A stretch of 63,958 nt of DNA, filler included, from Dugesia japonica (Eukaryota), in assembly GCA_001938525.1 (NCBI GenBank). It is 5 parts of 5 records of this genome, joined end to end, with 100 filler letters (N's around TTAATTAATTAA, not from the genome) between each part and the next. Parts side by side here need not be neighbours in the genome. Positions count along the whole stretch, not along the records: positions 1 to 12,570 come from MQRL01588506.1; positions 12,671 to 24,576 come from MQRL01598151.1; 3 more parts are not named here. One strand, written 5' to 3'. Under the pieces are notes generated by a model that worked only from the letters and a program-made list of their open reading frames with translations, had not been told where the DNA came from and made no database searches. Shown one piece after another: positions 1-13,299 of this stretch; position 1 is the stretch's first letter; every line of letters begins with the position of its first letter. The position numbers and the translations under genes are program-made.

Positions 1-242
1 TTATACTTTTACTAACAAATATGAGTACTTTTTTATAAATAAATTATTGCATTTAGTAGCGTTATCAAAATCTTAAGTTTATCTTGCTAAAATAAATTTT
101 ATTCACCAAAAATGCTTAGTAAATTATAAATTATGCTAGATGCTTCTTTGAATTTTCAAATTCTTTGCCTTGGAAGGTTTTATTCCCGCATTGAATGCAG
201 TGATGCATGCAAAATTTGATTTCGCATGTGACTGGTGTAGAG

Positions 243-324
243 CGGTGTTTCTCAACCGGTGGTCCATGTTAGAAATTTCATACAGTTTACTGGTCTGCGG
301 TGAGTTTTGTGATGAGAAACACTT
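243..324. mobile_element. Very short hAT (Charlie-like) MITE
   Basis: Inverted ends CGGTGTTTCTCA...TGAGAAACACTT (17-bp IR with 2 mismatches over 238-329) resembling CAGTGTTTCTCAA Charlie-type TIRs. Confidence 0.55.
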
Positions 325-1837
325 CTCTATTATGAACATTTATCAACAAATTAAACCACCTCAGGAAATTGGTACAAACATTTAATTAAATTGAATAGTG
401 AAATCATGCAACAGCGATCTACAGTAACAGGCGCAAAAACATTGTGTTGCAAAACAATGCCCAGACACATGTTGCATAGTGTGTAAAAAAAACAGTTAGA
501 AATTGGTTAAGAGGATTTTTGAAAACTCAGCTCCTTTCAACTTAACCCCTTATCACCTTTCCAGATCATTGTAAAATGTGTTGACATATACGTTCTCCTC
601 TAATTAGGAAGAGGTAGAAAATAATGGGGTTCAGAATTTATTAGTTCTAAGGACAACGAACTTTATTGTAAATGAATCCTGTTTTTAACAAAAAGGCAGT
701 TAAAAGTAATAGAAAGTAAAGGAAAATATTTTGGCTAATTTATCTATTGTGAATGCTGTAAAAATAAATTTGTTTTTCTTCAAGAAACAGTGGGAATTAA
801 TTAAAACCTCTAATATTATCAATGTAATGTATGTTAATTTTATTTACAAAATAAACAATGCTATGGATTTTGTTGATCTCTCAATCGTTTTAGAGTTGAA
901 TAAATTTTATGGATATCATAAAAGGTTGAATAACAATTCCTCGTAGCCATTTTGAAGATTGTTGTCGAGAAAGAACCCGAACTATATTGATGAAAGCGTG
1001 CACTTTCAAAACGTATTGAGGATCACAGGCTTCTTTTTTGAAAATTAGCAATGGATTGGTTAATTAATTATTCGGATAAGTAGCAGCACTGAAGCCAATA
1101 CGATTCGGATTTAAAACTTTTTTAATTTAAAAGTGTACCTGAAACTAAATTTGTGCATTTAATTAATACTAATCAGTTGTCGATACTGTTGGAAGATTTA
1201 ATAGTAAAAATAAATTCAGTCACTTTTACTGATAACGGTATATAGTAAAGATTAGGTAATATTTTCTGAATAGAAGTTTTAAAACGTAGAATTAAAGTTA
1301 TTGTAGTTTTAATATTATTGACATTCTATACTGTTTAATTCTCACCATCCCAACTATATGATTCGTGGATTTACACACAATTCTTGCTTCTTTTATATTG
1401 TTATTATTAATATTTTGATTATATTATTATTGTCGAATCAACAACTGGTTTATCAATCATTTTCCTATTATCATTAATTGTAATTATTATTTAAATTCAC
1501 ACTTACAAAATTTTACATTCTAAATTTATTTATTATTACAAGTTGAGTTCTAAAAGAGAATTAATTTATAATATTCAAACATTTTATTCCTTAAAATACT
1601 TAAATATAAATATTTAAAATAAAAATATATTTCAAAAAAATACTGAATATTTTATTTGAAAATTACATTTTTCTATGATATAATATTTCATTTAAAAATT
1701 TTAAAATACATTTTATTGGAATGTAATAATTTAATAATTATTAAAGTAATTAATAAAAAATATTTCAACAAATTATTTAAATGAAATTGAAAGCTTTTGT
1801 ACAGCATAATCTATTACTTACATTAATTATATAAAAT

Positions 1838-2212
1838 GGACCGTCCATAAAGTATGTCACGCTCAGGAGGAGGGAAGGGTCTAAGAAAGTTTGGCAGTTT
1901 GTGACACGGAGGAAGGAGAGTAAAGATGTGTGAATTCACCCATTTTAATTTTTTATCATACATGCAAAACGTGAAATTGACTTTCTGAAATAATTAACTT
2001 TCTGTTGTTATGGATATATTCTGACAGAATGTCACTAGCGTATAGTGTTTTAGATTTAATTTTAATGAGTAGTTAATTTTTAAAATAATTCTTTAGTTCC
2101 AGAGTGTGATGTACTTTCAAATGGTGGGTCAGAAATTTGTGACAGTATATAACAAAAGGGATGAGGGGGTAAAAATTGTAAAAGAATAGCGTGACATACT
2201 TTATTGGTGGCC
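1838..2212. mobile_element. Non-autonomous TIR element (PIF/Harbinger-like MITE)
   Basis: Left end GGACCGTCCATAAAGTATGTCACGCT and right end AGCGTGACATACTTTATTGGTGGCC share a perfect 17-bp inverted core; another end fragment CATACTTTATGGAC at 12671. Confidence 0.75.
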
Positions 2213-3819
2213 ACAAACTGAATCATACATCTAAAATAGACTTGAATAATCGTCTTCAAATGAGCTTATGTACTTTAAACACATTCTAGAATCATTGAAA
2301 TTATGCATAAAGCATTAGAGGTACGAGTGTATAAAATCTTTGCGGGTACCTTCTAGATTGCCTGAAGGTACAATAACAGCCATAAATGATTCCAAATTAA
2401 AATAATAAATACACTATCTTCGAACACTTCAAANNNNNNNNNNNNNNNNNNNNNAAACGTAAGGAATAAATGTTAGTATCCCAATAGTAATCTGAATTGT
2501 AAAACATTCATTTTACCTGTTAATTCTTGTCACAAAATCCTTACTAAACTAAAGAAATCTTTGTCATTTTAATTAGTGTAATTATATTTTAAAATTAATT
2601 AACATGCCAGCACCAAAAATTTCATTTCAATGTCTTTCTTAATAAATAAACTAGAAAATCACCTATTGTAAATGTAATTTTTTTCTAAACCGAATCTTAC
2701 ATTTTTTATTACGTGAATTTTGCGACAATTTGTTTATTTTAATACATTATTTATAAATCAAACAGCATTTAACTACCAAGCTATCTCGGTTAATAAGACT
2801 TGGTATCTTTGATGTCCATCGAAATTTTATCTATTTATTTTGATTTTTGATTTTAATAAATACTAAATACAAAGAATTCTCTCGATAGTTGAAAAGATTC
2901 AAAAGTTTAAAGTTTATTTGAGTTTGTTTAAATTCAAACAATTTTTCAATAGTTTAATTTCTAAGATTTTATTGCAATTTCAAAATGAATGGAATTAAAT
3001 TAGTTTCAATTCATAAAAAAATCCAAAAATGTGATTTTTCAATATTTTTCAAAATCAAAAATTACCCAACGAATTCTGTAAATTTACTTAAATAATTAAA
3101 TAATTTTCGAAAATCACATTATTTTATCTCAATACAAAGTTCATTAATAATTTAAATTGAAATTTTAGATTTTTAAGATGCTCAAAAACATCTATTAAAA
3201 TACAACTTTTCTTTACAAGTGATGCGATTGTTAACCAGTCTGATGTTATAAAAGTTTATTTATTATTCAATAACGTTGTGACTGTCAAATCACTGGACGA
3301 TATAAAATGTCTGATGTAAATTTTTTGTGGTTTATTATTTAAATTTAACTTGTTTAAGCATTTAAACATGTTATTTTATTAATGTAAATTATATTATGGG
3401 GAAAAGTCATTCTTGATTGATTTTAACGTGTCTATTTGTTATAAAATAAATATTAAAAGTTGTTAAAAAGGTCTAGAATTAATGCACTCACTTAATACTG
3501 ACCAGGGAGATTGTATAGAAATTAACTGAATGATTTGTTTGCTTGTTAACATATTATAGAATATTATGAAGTTGTTCAGTAAGAAATTATGGTTTTACGA
3601 TTGTTAGAAGTCTGTTTAATTACCATAAGATTTATTAATGAAAATCTAGAAATAAATATATATATATATATGTATATTATGATTTGAGATATTAACATAC
3701 CTTAATCAGCAAACCAGCATTTACCTGTTATGCAAAAAACAAAATATTTGAACTCACAGTCAAATATTAATTATGCAACACACAATTTTAAAAATGAGTC
3801 ATAATAAGTATAAAATATC

Positions 3820-5600
3820 CTCCCATTCTCCTCTCTTTATTTGCTCTTAACCACTCTACATTTTTNTAGCTATTTTATCATTTTCAAATTTAATGTAATA
3901 ACTCCTGTCATGTCTCTTTAATTATTATTCCTGGGCCTTCGAACGTATCTTTATATTTATTGGTAGCGATATTTTTACGAAAGCTTTGTCTTCAATTTTA
4001 AAATGTCTTTTTGTAATAACATATATGTTATGATTAATTTCATCTTGAACAATGAGGTTTTTTATTGTATTTCCATGTTTCTTTTCTACATTCTCATGAA
4101 AATTCTATTTTTGTTAAATTTTCTTTCCAAAAACAATTCCCATTGCGTTCAATTCAAATGATCTTCCTATATCACATATAATAATTTTAGGTGCACCAAA
4201 TTTTGCTAAAGTTGTTTTTCTGAAATTGTGGTGTTATTGGTCTTTTAGTCTTCAGCATAAACGTTATTGCTTTATGATCAGTTCCTAATCGAAATCCTTA
4301 ACCATACAAATGATGTTTAAAATTTTCTGTGAAATAAACAATCGCCAAAAGTTTATTCCTAGTAATGCAATAGACCATCTCGTGTTTACTCATGGCTTTC
4401 TTTAACATCGTTATCAATTTGAATTAAAACTGCACCTATTCTATTAAAGCTGAAATCAGTATTCAATATAAATTCTTTAGAAAAATTCGGAAATGCTAAA
4501 TCTGGTGCTTTCATTAGTTGAGTTTACAAAATTTTAAAAGAAATTTCATACTCATCTGTCCAGTATATTTTTTCTGAATACTTTGTGCAATCCTTTAAAA
4601 ATTTCCTATAATAATTTACGAGTCCTAAAAACTTTTTGGATTTCAAAATTAAAAATTGTTTAAATTTTTCCATAATCAGTTGGAATTCTTTTTGAATTAA
4701 TAATATGACCCATAAATTTTATCTCGTTTTTCACATAATGACATTTAGGTAGACTTATTTTCAAACTGGCTTCATTTATACGTTTCAAAACATTATCAAT
4801 TCTCGTATAGTGTTCTTTAATAGTTTCGGAAAAAATTAAAATATCATCTAAGTAAACCACTACTTTCTTCAAATTTAAACGATTTAAAACCTTATTCGTC
4901 AATTTTTGAAAAGTAGCAGGAGCAGCTGCAACTCCAAATGGCATTCTATTAAAATAATATTGTGCATCTTTTTTCGAAAAACATTTTGAGTGATCTGTTA
5001 ATTCTACTTGATATTAAGCATTACCTAAATCTATACTAGTAACGTATTTGGCTCCATATAAAATATCCATCATTTCTTCAGTGTTTGGAATAGGAAAAAG
5101 TGGTATTTTTGTAACTTCATTTAAAAATCCATAATCTAAGCAAATTCGTATTTTATCATTATCTCGTTTCTTTACGCAAATAAAAGTAGCATTACGAGGG
5201 GAGTCACATTTACTTATAATTCTATTTATTTCCATTTCTTTAATATTTTTCTTAATCTTATTTATTAAATGATAAGACTGATGCCTAGGATTAATTGCGA
5301 TTGGTTTACTATTTGTTATTATTCCATGTTTTACAATATCAGTTTTTCAAATTCCTCATCTATGTTTTATCGTAATGCTTTCATATTTTGTTAAAATTAT
5401 CAATATTATTTCATCTTGAATATTTTCAATTTCTAATGTTTGGGTTTAAATTAAATTACATTGATAGATTCTTTATTGTATATTTCATTAGTGGTGAGTG
5501 TTATATTAAATTTATTCAAAAGATTTATTCCACAAATAACTGGTGGTGAAATTGTGATGTAATATAAAAATAAAGTGTTTAAATATTCAGATTTTGGAAG
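3820..5600 (-). mobile_element. Degenerate, internally deleted Ty3/Gypsy pol (RT, RNase H, integrase)
   Basis: ORFs 5014-5235 (IRICLDYG, IDLGNA) and 4660-4944 (MPFGV..ATFQ, YLDD); APDLAFPNFSKEFILNTD near 4460-4510; FGAPKIIICDIGRSFE near 4150-4200; TFEGP near 3935; purine tract 3821-3838 as a possible PPT. Confidence 0.9.
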
Positions 5601-5659
5601 AAGATAATTCGCACCTGTTTTATTTGAATAAATATTATTTTAGTAATTTATCATTAGCA

Positions 5660-5669
5660 TGGTGTCAGG
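5660..5669 (+). promoter_or_regulatory. Candidate retrotransposon primer-binding site (tRNA-Leu-like)
   Basis: TGGTGTCAGG is complementary to the ...CCUGACACCA 3' end of tRNA-Leu and lies just upstream of the gag region. Confidence 0.5.
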
Positions 5670-8280
5670 TGCAGAATTTAGTATATTTTATGAAATTTAT
5701 TCAACATGGTTAAGAACCTGCCAAGTTTTCATATTGGAGATGATGCTGCAAAACATATTCAGGAATTTAAGAACCACATTTTTAATTTAAAGATCAAAGA
5801 TGATAATGAAAATATTACATATTTTATTATTCTCTTAGATTAAGATGTTCAATAAAAATTATGTTCCTTACCAGATTAGCAGAATATTAAGGATGAATTT
5901 ACTTTTTAAGTAATAAATTTGTAGAATTATACAAAGTTAAAGATTTGAGTATTTCTCCTATTACCAAACTTTTACAGATTAAGCAAAATGGCCGCTCTTT
6001 AAGAGAATTTATTACAAAATTGAGAGTTTATTTATTTAAATGTCAACCAGAATTGAACAGCGAGGATAGAGAAAAGACTTTAATATTCGCTTTTTTATTT
6101 GGATAGTTCGATAAAAAAAAGTAGCAGCAGCAGTTCAATTTCTTAAGCTAGAATCATTAGAAGAAGCTTATAACTTTGTAAAAAAAAGAAGTTAAAAACG
6201 AAAGTAAGGAAGATCTGAGATAAATTAAAACATCACAGGACTTATCAGGCGAAATACGTACACTAAAACAGAAGGTGCAGAATTGAAACAAATGAAAGTC
6301 AGGATATCTAGAGATATAAAGAACGTAAGAAATAGATCTGGAGTGAATAACACAAAGATTAATAATGAAAGTCGGGATAGAAATATTCAAATTAAAGATT
6401 TTATATACTTAAACTGTGACAACTTTGGCCTTTTTGTTAGAAATTGTAAAAAACCAATTATGTGTAAGAAATTCAAAAAGGTTGGCCATTTAGATCTATT
6501 TTGCAAAACAAAAAATATCGAAAAAGTTAGATATATTAAAGAAAATGATAGTGAAAATATGGAATTCGATGAAATCAAATCAACTTCAACGAGATCAGAA
6601 ATGTCCAGCACGGAGACCAATCATGCATTGAACCAAATAATTAAGAAAAATGCGAAACCAAAAAAAGTAATAAAAATTAATTGTTATACTAAAGAAGTTA
6701 TGAATTCAGCTCAACACCTCAACGGTCAAGAATCCATACCAAAGTTTAAAAATAAAGCAAAAACACTGATTTCAGAGAATAACTCAAAATTTGCTCAAAA
6801 TAAGCCATTGGTCTAAACGAGAATAAAGCAAAAATGGGTAGTGACACTAATAGATAGTGTAGCAGAATCAAGTGTAATAGATTATAATTTATTATGTGAA
6901 TTGAGAAAAAGTAACAAACGGATTAAATTTTCCAAAGGAACAGCAAGAATATACTGTGCAAACGATTTGCCCTGTAAAAATTGTTGTGGTTTCGAAGGTA
7001 GAACTAGTAATTTGGAGAAAAATAATTGACATTAAAATGTAAAGTGGTGGAAAACGTTTTCCTAAAGATTATCATTGGAATTAAATTGATGAAAACACAC
7101 AGATTGAGAAATGTGCTACAGGATGACTGTATATATTAAGAATCAAGCTATACTATTTGTATTGAAAGTTTGGGATGACGGAGCGGAAAACTAACAAACA
7201 CCAATCTTAGGTGTCACAATTCAGGTGCTATAGAAAATGAGGTTCAATATTGCTCTTTACGTATCATTTTGAACGAAACTAGTTTTAGAAAAGAATAAAG
7301 AATATTTTGTACGTGGATCAATCAACTGTGATCAATTCAAAATTAAAGAAGGAATCTTTGTAGGTTATAAAGATAAGCTAGCAAATTTAGATATCTTGTC
7401 AACTAATTCGATAATGTCTGTTGACAAAGACTCAAAGATTCCTATAAAACTTTACAATTTACCAGATTCCGAAAGAAAATTTTTAAAGGCACAAGAACGG
7501 GTAATTTAGAAATCTTGGAAGAAAAAAGCGAGTTCATCAGAAATATTTATTCAGACAAATTAGAGGTGTCGAATTGAAAAAGAAGATCACATTCCTTTAG
7601 AACATAAAAAAGGTTAAGAGATTAATATTAAAATATGCTAACATATTTAGTAAATACGACACGGATATTAGTCATTGTAAAAATGTATAAAACTAAAGCA
7701 TTATATTGTCACTAAAGAAGAAGCGCCGATTGATGTTTCATCTAGACGAATACCGACAGGACTTGAGGATAAAGTTGATAATTTAGTTGCAGATTTATTG
7801 AAAAGAGAAAATCAGAAAAGTAAAAGCTCATGGAATGTACCTTTAGTGTGTATCACTAAAGCCAATGGTGACATAAGATTATGTGTCAATTACCGGGATT
7901 TAAATTTAGTCACAATCAGACCAATATATCCAATTCTAGAAACTTCTCGATTTTTTTATGCATTGGGTGGAGCAAAGATATTTAGCGTTTTAGACTTATC
8001 TAATGTCGAAGTAAATAAGGCGGATAAACAAAAGACAGCATTCTTTACTAGTAGTATGAATTTAATAGAATACAATTTGGCCTGAGTTCAGCCCCAGCAA
8101 CATTTCAACGACTTATTCATATAATATTGCAAAATGAAAATTGGGAGCAATATGTTATTTATCTGGACGATTTTTTGATATTTGGAAACTCCTATGAACA
8201 ACATCTCAGTTGATTGGAAGTAGTTTTAGCAAGAATAGAAGAATCGGGAGTTAAATTAAAACCTGACAAATGTCAAATTA
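5660..8280 (+). mobile_element. Degenerate Ty3/Gypsy gag-protease-RT
   Basis: PBS-like TGGTGTCAGG at 5660; decayed zinc knuckles in ORF 6283-6816; protease-like LIDSVAESSVI (6841-7029); RT ORF 7798-8085 (WNVPLVC, RLCVNYRDLN, FSVLDL); YLDD near 8160. Confidence 0.9.
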
Positions 8281-9493
8281 AAATACATCATTGTCAATCC
8301 CTTGGAGCCATCATCAAGTATATTTTATTCTAAAATCTTTTTTAATTAATTAAAAATTTTTAAATATTTTGAAATTAAACCTTTTTGTAACATTTAAAAT
8401 TCACATTATTTTACATTAACTTATTTTTTTTAAATTTTCAGGTAAAAATTCAAAATTGAAATATCAAGAAATTACCCATGCCATCAATTTTCTCTTACAA
8501 AGCCAAAAGACTTTTTACAACTTGAAATTTATTTTAATAAAAAGAAAACAAAAAACTTCAACAATTATTAACACTAAATAACCACATATTTTTCTAATTA
8601 TAAAATGATTAATTTCTTTTCTAAATTCTTATCTCTTTCATGAAAAAATAAAAAAAATATTTCAAAAGCTTGATTACTTTAACAAAAAAAATTTAGTCTC
8701 TGAAAATATTTTTTTTAATGAAAATTAATTTCGACAAGTCGTTGAATTTGCATTGAAAAAATTATTTTAGGGATTTTTCATAATCATTTAAATTTGTTTT
8801 TGAAATTTTAATTTTTTTAATTATTAAATTAGCAAAATTTATTTAAATACGTTTTTCCATCAGATTATTATCAGAATTTATTAAACTAAAATACATAGGG
8901 AAACAATATAATTATGTTCTACAATCAAATGCATTTCTAATTGTTTCATATTACTGTTACGTAGAAATCTTTCATAAATTCGTTAAAAAGTGCCACTGAA
9001 TTACTCATAAATTTATGAAAAAGTATACAATAGAATACTTTTACAATAGAATATTTATACAATAGAATATAGAATAGAATATTTCAAAATAATTAAAATT
9101 TCCAAGTATAACGCACTTCTGTTTGTTATATATTCGTAAAATTTTTAAATAATTTAAAAGTTAAATTTTATTTTTTGAGCAGATCGCAGCGCACTTAATC
9201 AAAAATTATTTTTTTTGGCGGCGCACGCATTAAAAAAAATAAGTTTGTAAACGTGAAAGAAATTTTATTAACAAATACTTATGCATATGATTAAAGCGTC
9301 ATCGTTTCGTTGTTTAAAGTTTTAAGACAGTGACCTTCAACCTTTTTTAGCCTAACGCCCACTTTCACTATATTGCCATCTGTAAATAAGTCTTTCGCCC
9401 AACTAAAATTTACGAAACTAACAAATTCAGATACTGTTGACTAACAAGACAGAATGCTATATGACTGGTACAACGGTTTTAGAGATTTCAGAG

Positions 9494-10930
9494 TCAATGT
9501 GACCCATGCACTTGGTATTTAGATGCCAAAGACTTAATGTTTGGTTTCAGATGGATAAGAAACAGTTTAAAATTACGCTCTTATCCAAATTGTTTCTTTA
9601 ATTGATGAGGAGATTATTTACTGCACTGAATTCACACTCGACGAGATAAGATGTAGGAAATGCCTATATGAGCAATTTCATTTGTTGCCATAAGTTTGGA
9701 TAAAGAGTTGTCATTTCTTTACCTTGTCAAATTTTAGTAAATCCATCTTTGCTGTAAAAGATATGGGAAACTTCATCATTTTGCAATTCCAATAAGTCTT
9801 TTCGAACCTGCACTTCAGAATCTTGAACAGTTACTTTTATGAGCCAACCATCCATGCAGGTATTAGCAGCTAAGTTAAATCTTAAATAGTGCGCTGGCAT
9901 GTCATTTTTTAAGGATTTCAGATGCTTTCTAAATTTCTCAATGTTATTAGTATTAATTTTTTAACTCAATGAGTCCAGTATTGGAAAGTGATAAAACTCT
10001 TGGTACAATGCCAACCTCTGAATGTGACAATGACCTTCTTGGAATCAATTAATGTCACAAGCTGTCTTTGAGGTTCCAAATTAATATCGTTGAGCGTTTG
10101 GAATATTTCTGCGGAATAGAACGGATCTTTCTTAGCAGTTTTTAATTCCTCATAAAAGGTGATGTCATCATCAACAATTTTATAAGTTTTTCCAATCCGT
10201 TTTCTTTTGGCAACCACCGAACCACAGTATGAAGGACAATGTTGTTCATCATTGAATATTTCACAATTGTCAAGCGAGGTAATAATTCAGAGAACTATTT
10301 TTTATCTGATTTACAGTACGAATGAAAGATTTCAATGAAGAGTGCACATTCTCACTTAAATGCTTAGCTACAAGGTTTTATCTATGTACAACAGAATTAA
10401 AATGCCAGGAGCAGAAGTTTTAAAATGCGCTAATAATCGATAGCGACCAACCACCGCAAGTGCGACATCAATTGCGCAGGCAACAATATTGTTAAAAGGA
10501 ACATGCTTCATGCCAAGAGAAGTTTTCAAAGTGACAAAGATTGATTCTCTCTTACAAACGGAGAGTAAGTTTTCAGCGAACAACAAATTTTCTTGAGGTT
10601 TGTGGTCTTCATCAAAATATCTGACATACCCCATAAATAAAGCTTTATTCTCAGATAACGTAGATTCATCCATTTGCAATGAAAATTTAGTGGCTCACAA
10701 GATTGCAACTAGTTGTCCTTTCATATCTACGGTCAATTTATCAATACGTCTCTAAACATGTGTGTCACTTAGTTGTAAAACTTTGAGCACCTCGGTTGAA
10801 TTTTGTCAATTATCACACTTCTAATAATTTCTTAACGTGCTGGTAAGATGAGTGCTTCAGCAATATTATGAGGTTTACCGCACTTTGATTTGAGTTCAAA
10901 AACATGTTAGGATGCAAACAGTATCTCTAA
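9494..10930 (-). mobile_element. hAT Buster/Charlie-family transposase pseudogene (ZBED5/ZBED8-like)
   Basis: LQMDEST...LFMGYVRY and NNIVACAID motifs (ORF 10368-10679); C-terminal ...QVHGSH* typical of Buster-type transposases; many frameshifts and stops. Confidence 0.85.
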
Positions 10931-11650
10931 TACTTTTTAGATACACTATATATACACTATCTTTACTTTTTTGTACCACTTTCATTTTTTGCCATTTTAC
11001 TTAGTTTCTTGTTTTTTTGTTGTCAATAATTTTTTCATAACTTTTTTACTTTAGTTGGTTCTTTTTAAATTTTTAGTCTTCACCTTTATTTGTATGTTCA
11101 ACTTCAAAAATATTACATATTAAAAAAAACAATTATTTTATTTTTAAGAATTTATTCCGATTAGATAAGTTGATTTACATGGATGATACTGATATGAATC
11201 AAATTAAAAACTTTCAAGTGATTGTTACAAATTGTTAGTTTGACTTGAAATGAAATAACTGTAATTAAATATTATTTTTAAAATAAAATTTACTTAGACT
11301 TTATTAGTTTGAGGTACACTTGTGAAAGAATAGTTTTCTATGCGGTGGCATTTCCAACGATTAAATCATGTTATGGATGTTAGCAAATAGTCTTAAAGCA
11401 TGTATAATACCATGTGGTAGAAACAAGACGATACTCGCTTTATACTGAAATAGTCAAAAACTTTATGGCGTCTAGAGGAGCATGTTTTATAATTAAACCG
11501 GATGTAACAACATATATAAAAATGAATAAAATTAAACTTAATAGTCTAATAAATAAGTAAACAAAAATTGAAGGACTAATAATGTTTTTTTTCGGTGAAT
11601 TAAAATGAAGTAGCGATATTTTATTTCATACTTTTGAATTTTATATTGTA

Positions 11651-12045
11651 CTAGCATTACCCGTCACGCGTTGCAGTGGCTCAGTTTGGTTGAACAAAAC
11701 AGAAAAGTAAAGCTAATGAATACGTTTCTAATATATTTAATTTTACAATGCTTGTAGATATACGATATGTTTGTTGTTCCATTGTTTGTGAATATATAAA
11801 AATAGCTTGGTTTGCCGAATCTAGAGAGACTATCGGGGAAAATTTTTTTCAGTTTTTCGATTTTGAACAAACTAACATTTACATTTTTTTATAAAGATAA
11901 TGTAGGCATATTAAAATATAATAGACATATATGAACATGCCTGAATTTGAATGCAATGTTGTATCAAAATTTCAAGGCTGTCAGTGAATAATTATCGGAG
12001 TTTTTCGATTTTTAACAAATGAACTTTTACATTCTTATCTATATA
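11651..12045 (-). mobile_element. Non-autonomous Helitron-like element
   Basis: Minus strand ends ...ACGCGTGACGGGTAATGCTAG|T (GC-rich segment plus CTAG 3' end); AT-rich 5'-type end present twice (about 11850-11898 and 12000-12045). Confidence 0.55.
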
Positions 12046-12570
12046 ATATTTATAAATTATTATAAATATTTATAGTATTTATAATATTACTATTGTTATA
12101 ATACCGTATTGTTATTCATACATTTAAATACGCTTTAAATGAGATTTTTAATTTTGTTTTTCATTTTGTAGAGAAAATAACACCATGAATTTTTAGTGTA
12201 ATAATTTCACTCATTCGACATCACAACCTTATTACTTTATAATTTAAATAAATAAATCGTTATTTAAGTAAATAAGTCAACAAACAGCCAATCGAGCATC
12301 ATTTGAATGAATTTCCAATATTTTTCAAGTATCAAAACTATATTTATTATAAAAGTAATTTATTAAAACATGATTGATGACGAACCTTACTTTGATTTTA
12401 AAATAGTTAAAAGTTGTTTACATTTTCAGTTGAGGCTTATCATTCACGGTACTTCAATTTTAATTCATTCGAAAAAAATTTATTAGCCTTTCAATTTTAT
12501 TTCACCGCATTTTTTATTTACTTGACTTTGATTTTATTTATTTTTATATATGCTGTTATATCCGGTTTAA

Positions 12571-12670
12571 NNNNNNNNNNNNNNNNNNNNNNNNNNNNNN
12601 NNNNNNNNNNNNNNTTAATTAATTAANNNNNNNNNNNNNNNNNNNNNNNNNNNNNNNNNNNNNNNNNNNN
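12571..12670. other. Artificial scaffold linker (44N-TTAATTAATTAA-44N)
   Basis: Identical 100-nt structure at four places; the 12-mer encodes stops in all six frames. Confidence 0.95.
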
Positions 12671-13299
12671 CATACTTTATGGACTAAACTGATTTAAAAC
12701 TTTTAAAATTTAGAAATAATTCGGCTTTTTTTCATAGAGATTAATAAAAAAATTAAGTTAAAAATAACAGATATATTTTAATATATCATATTTCGTTTGA
12801 CATGTCAAGAAAATAATCCATATTGTGTTGTATGTCTAGAAGTTTTGTCAAAGGAGTTTTTCTTTTATCTATAAATATCAAAACTGAAATTTGAAGCAGA
12901 ACATAATTAATTACTCTTCGAAAAAGTTTTTTTTAAGGAAAAAATTGGTATGCTATTTTCGTTGTTTTAGTGGATTTTCAAAATGCAAAGATAACAATAT
13001 TGGATTTTACTAAACTTCTATTCAGTTATATTGTTTTATTTAATTATTAAAAATGTGAAATATGAGTCTTAAACCTATTACCCGCAGGTAAGTAGGTCAC
13101 TTATTACCCCCTTATATATACCCACTTAGTGTTTTTAAAATGTAATTAAATATTAAGTATAGTTAAAATACTGAATATTTAAATTAAAAAAATTAATTAA
13201 TAATAAAAAACTAACATTTCGGGTTTATTTAAAAATTTGAAAAATAGTTATATAATAATAACTTAAAAAAATAAGACAATATTTTTCGTTAATTATGTC

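Noticed and set aside
542-930. piggyBac-like TTAA-CCC end
   Set aside because: No matching opposite TIR with TTAA found
12615-12626. Conserved TTAATTAATTAA motif as a biological site
   Set aside because: Always centred in exactly 44+44 Ns; an assembly linker
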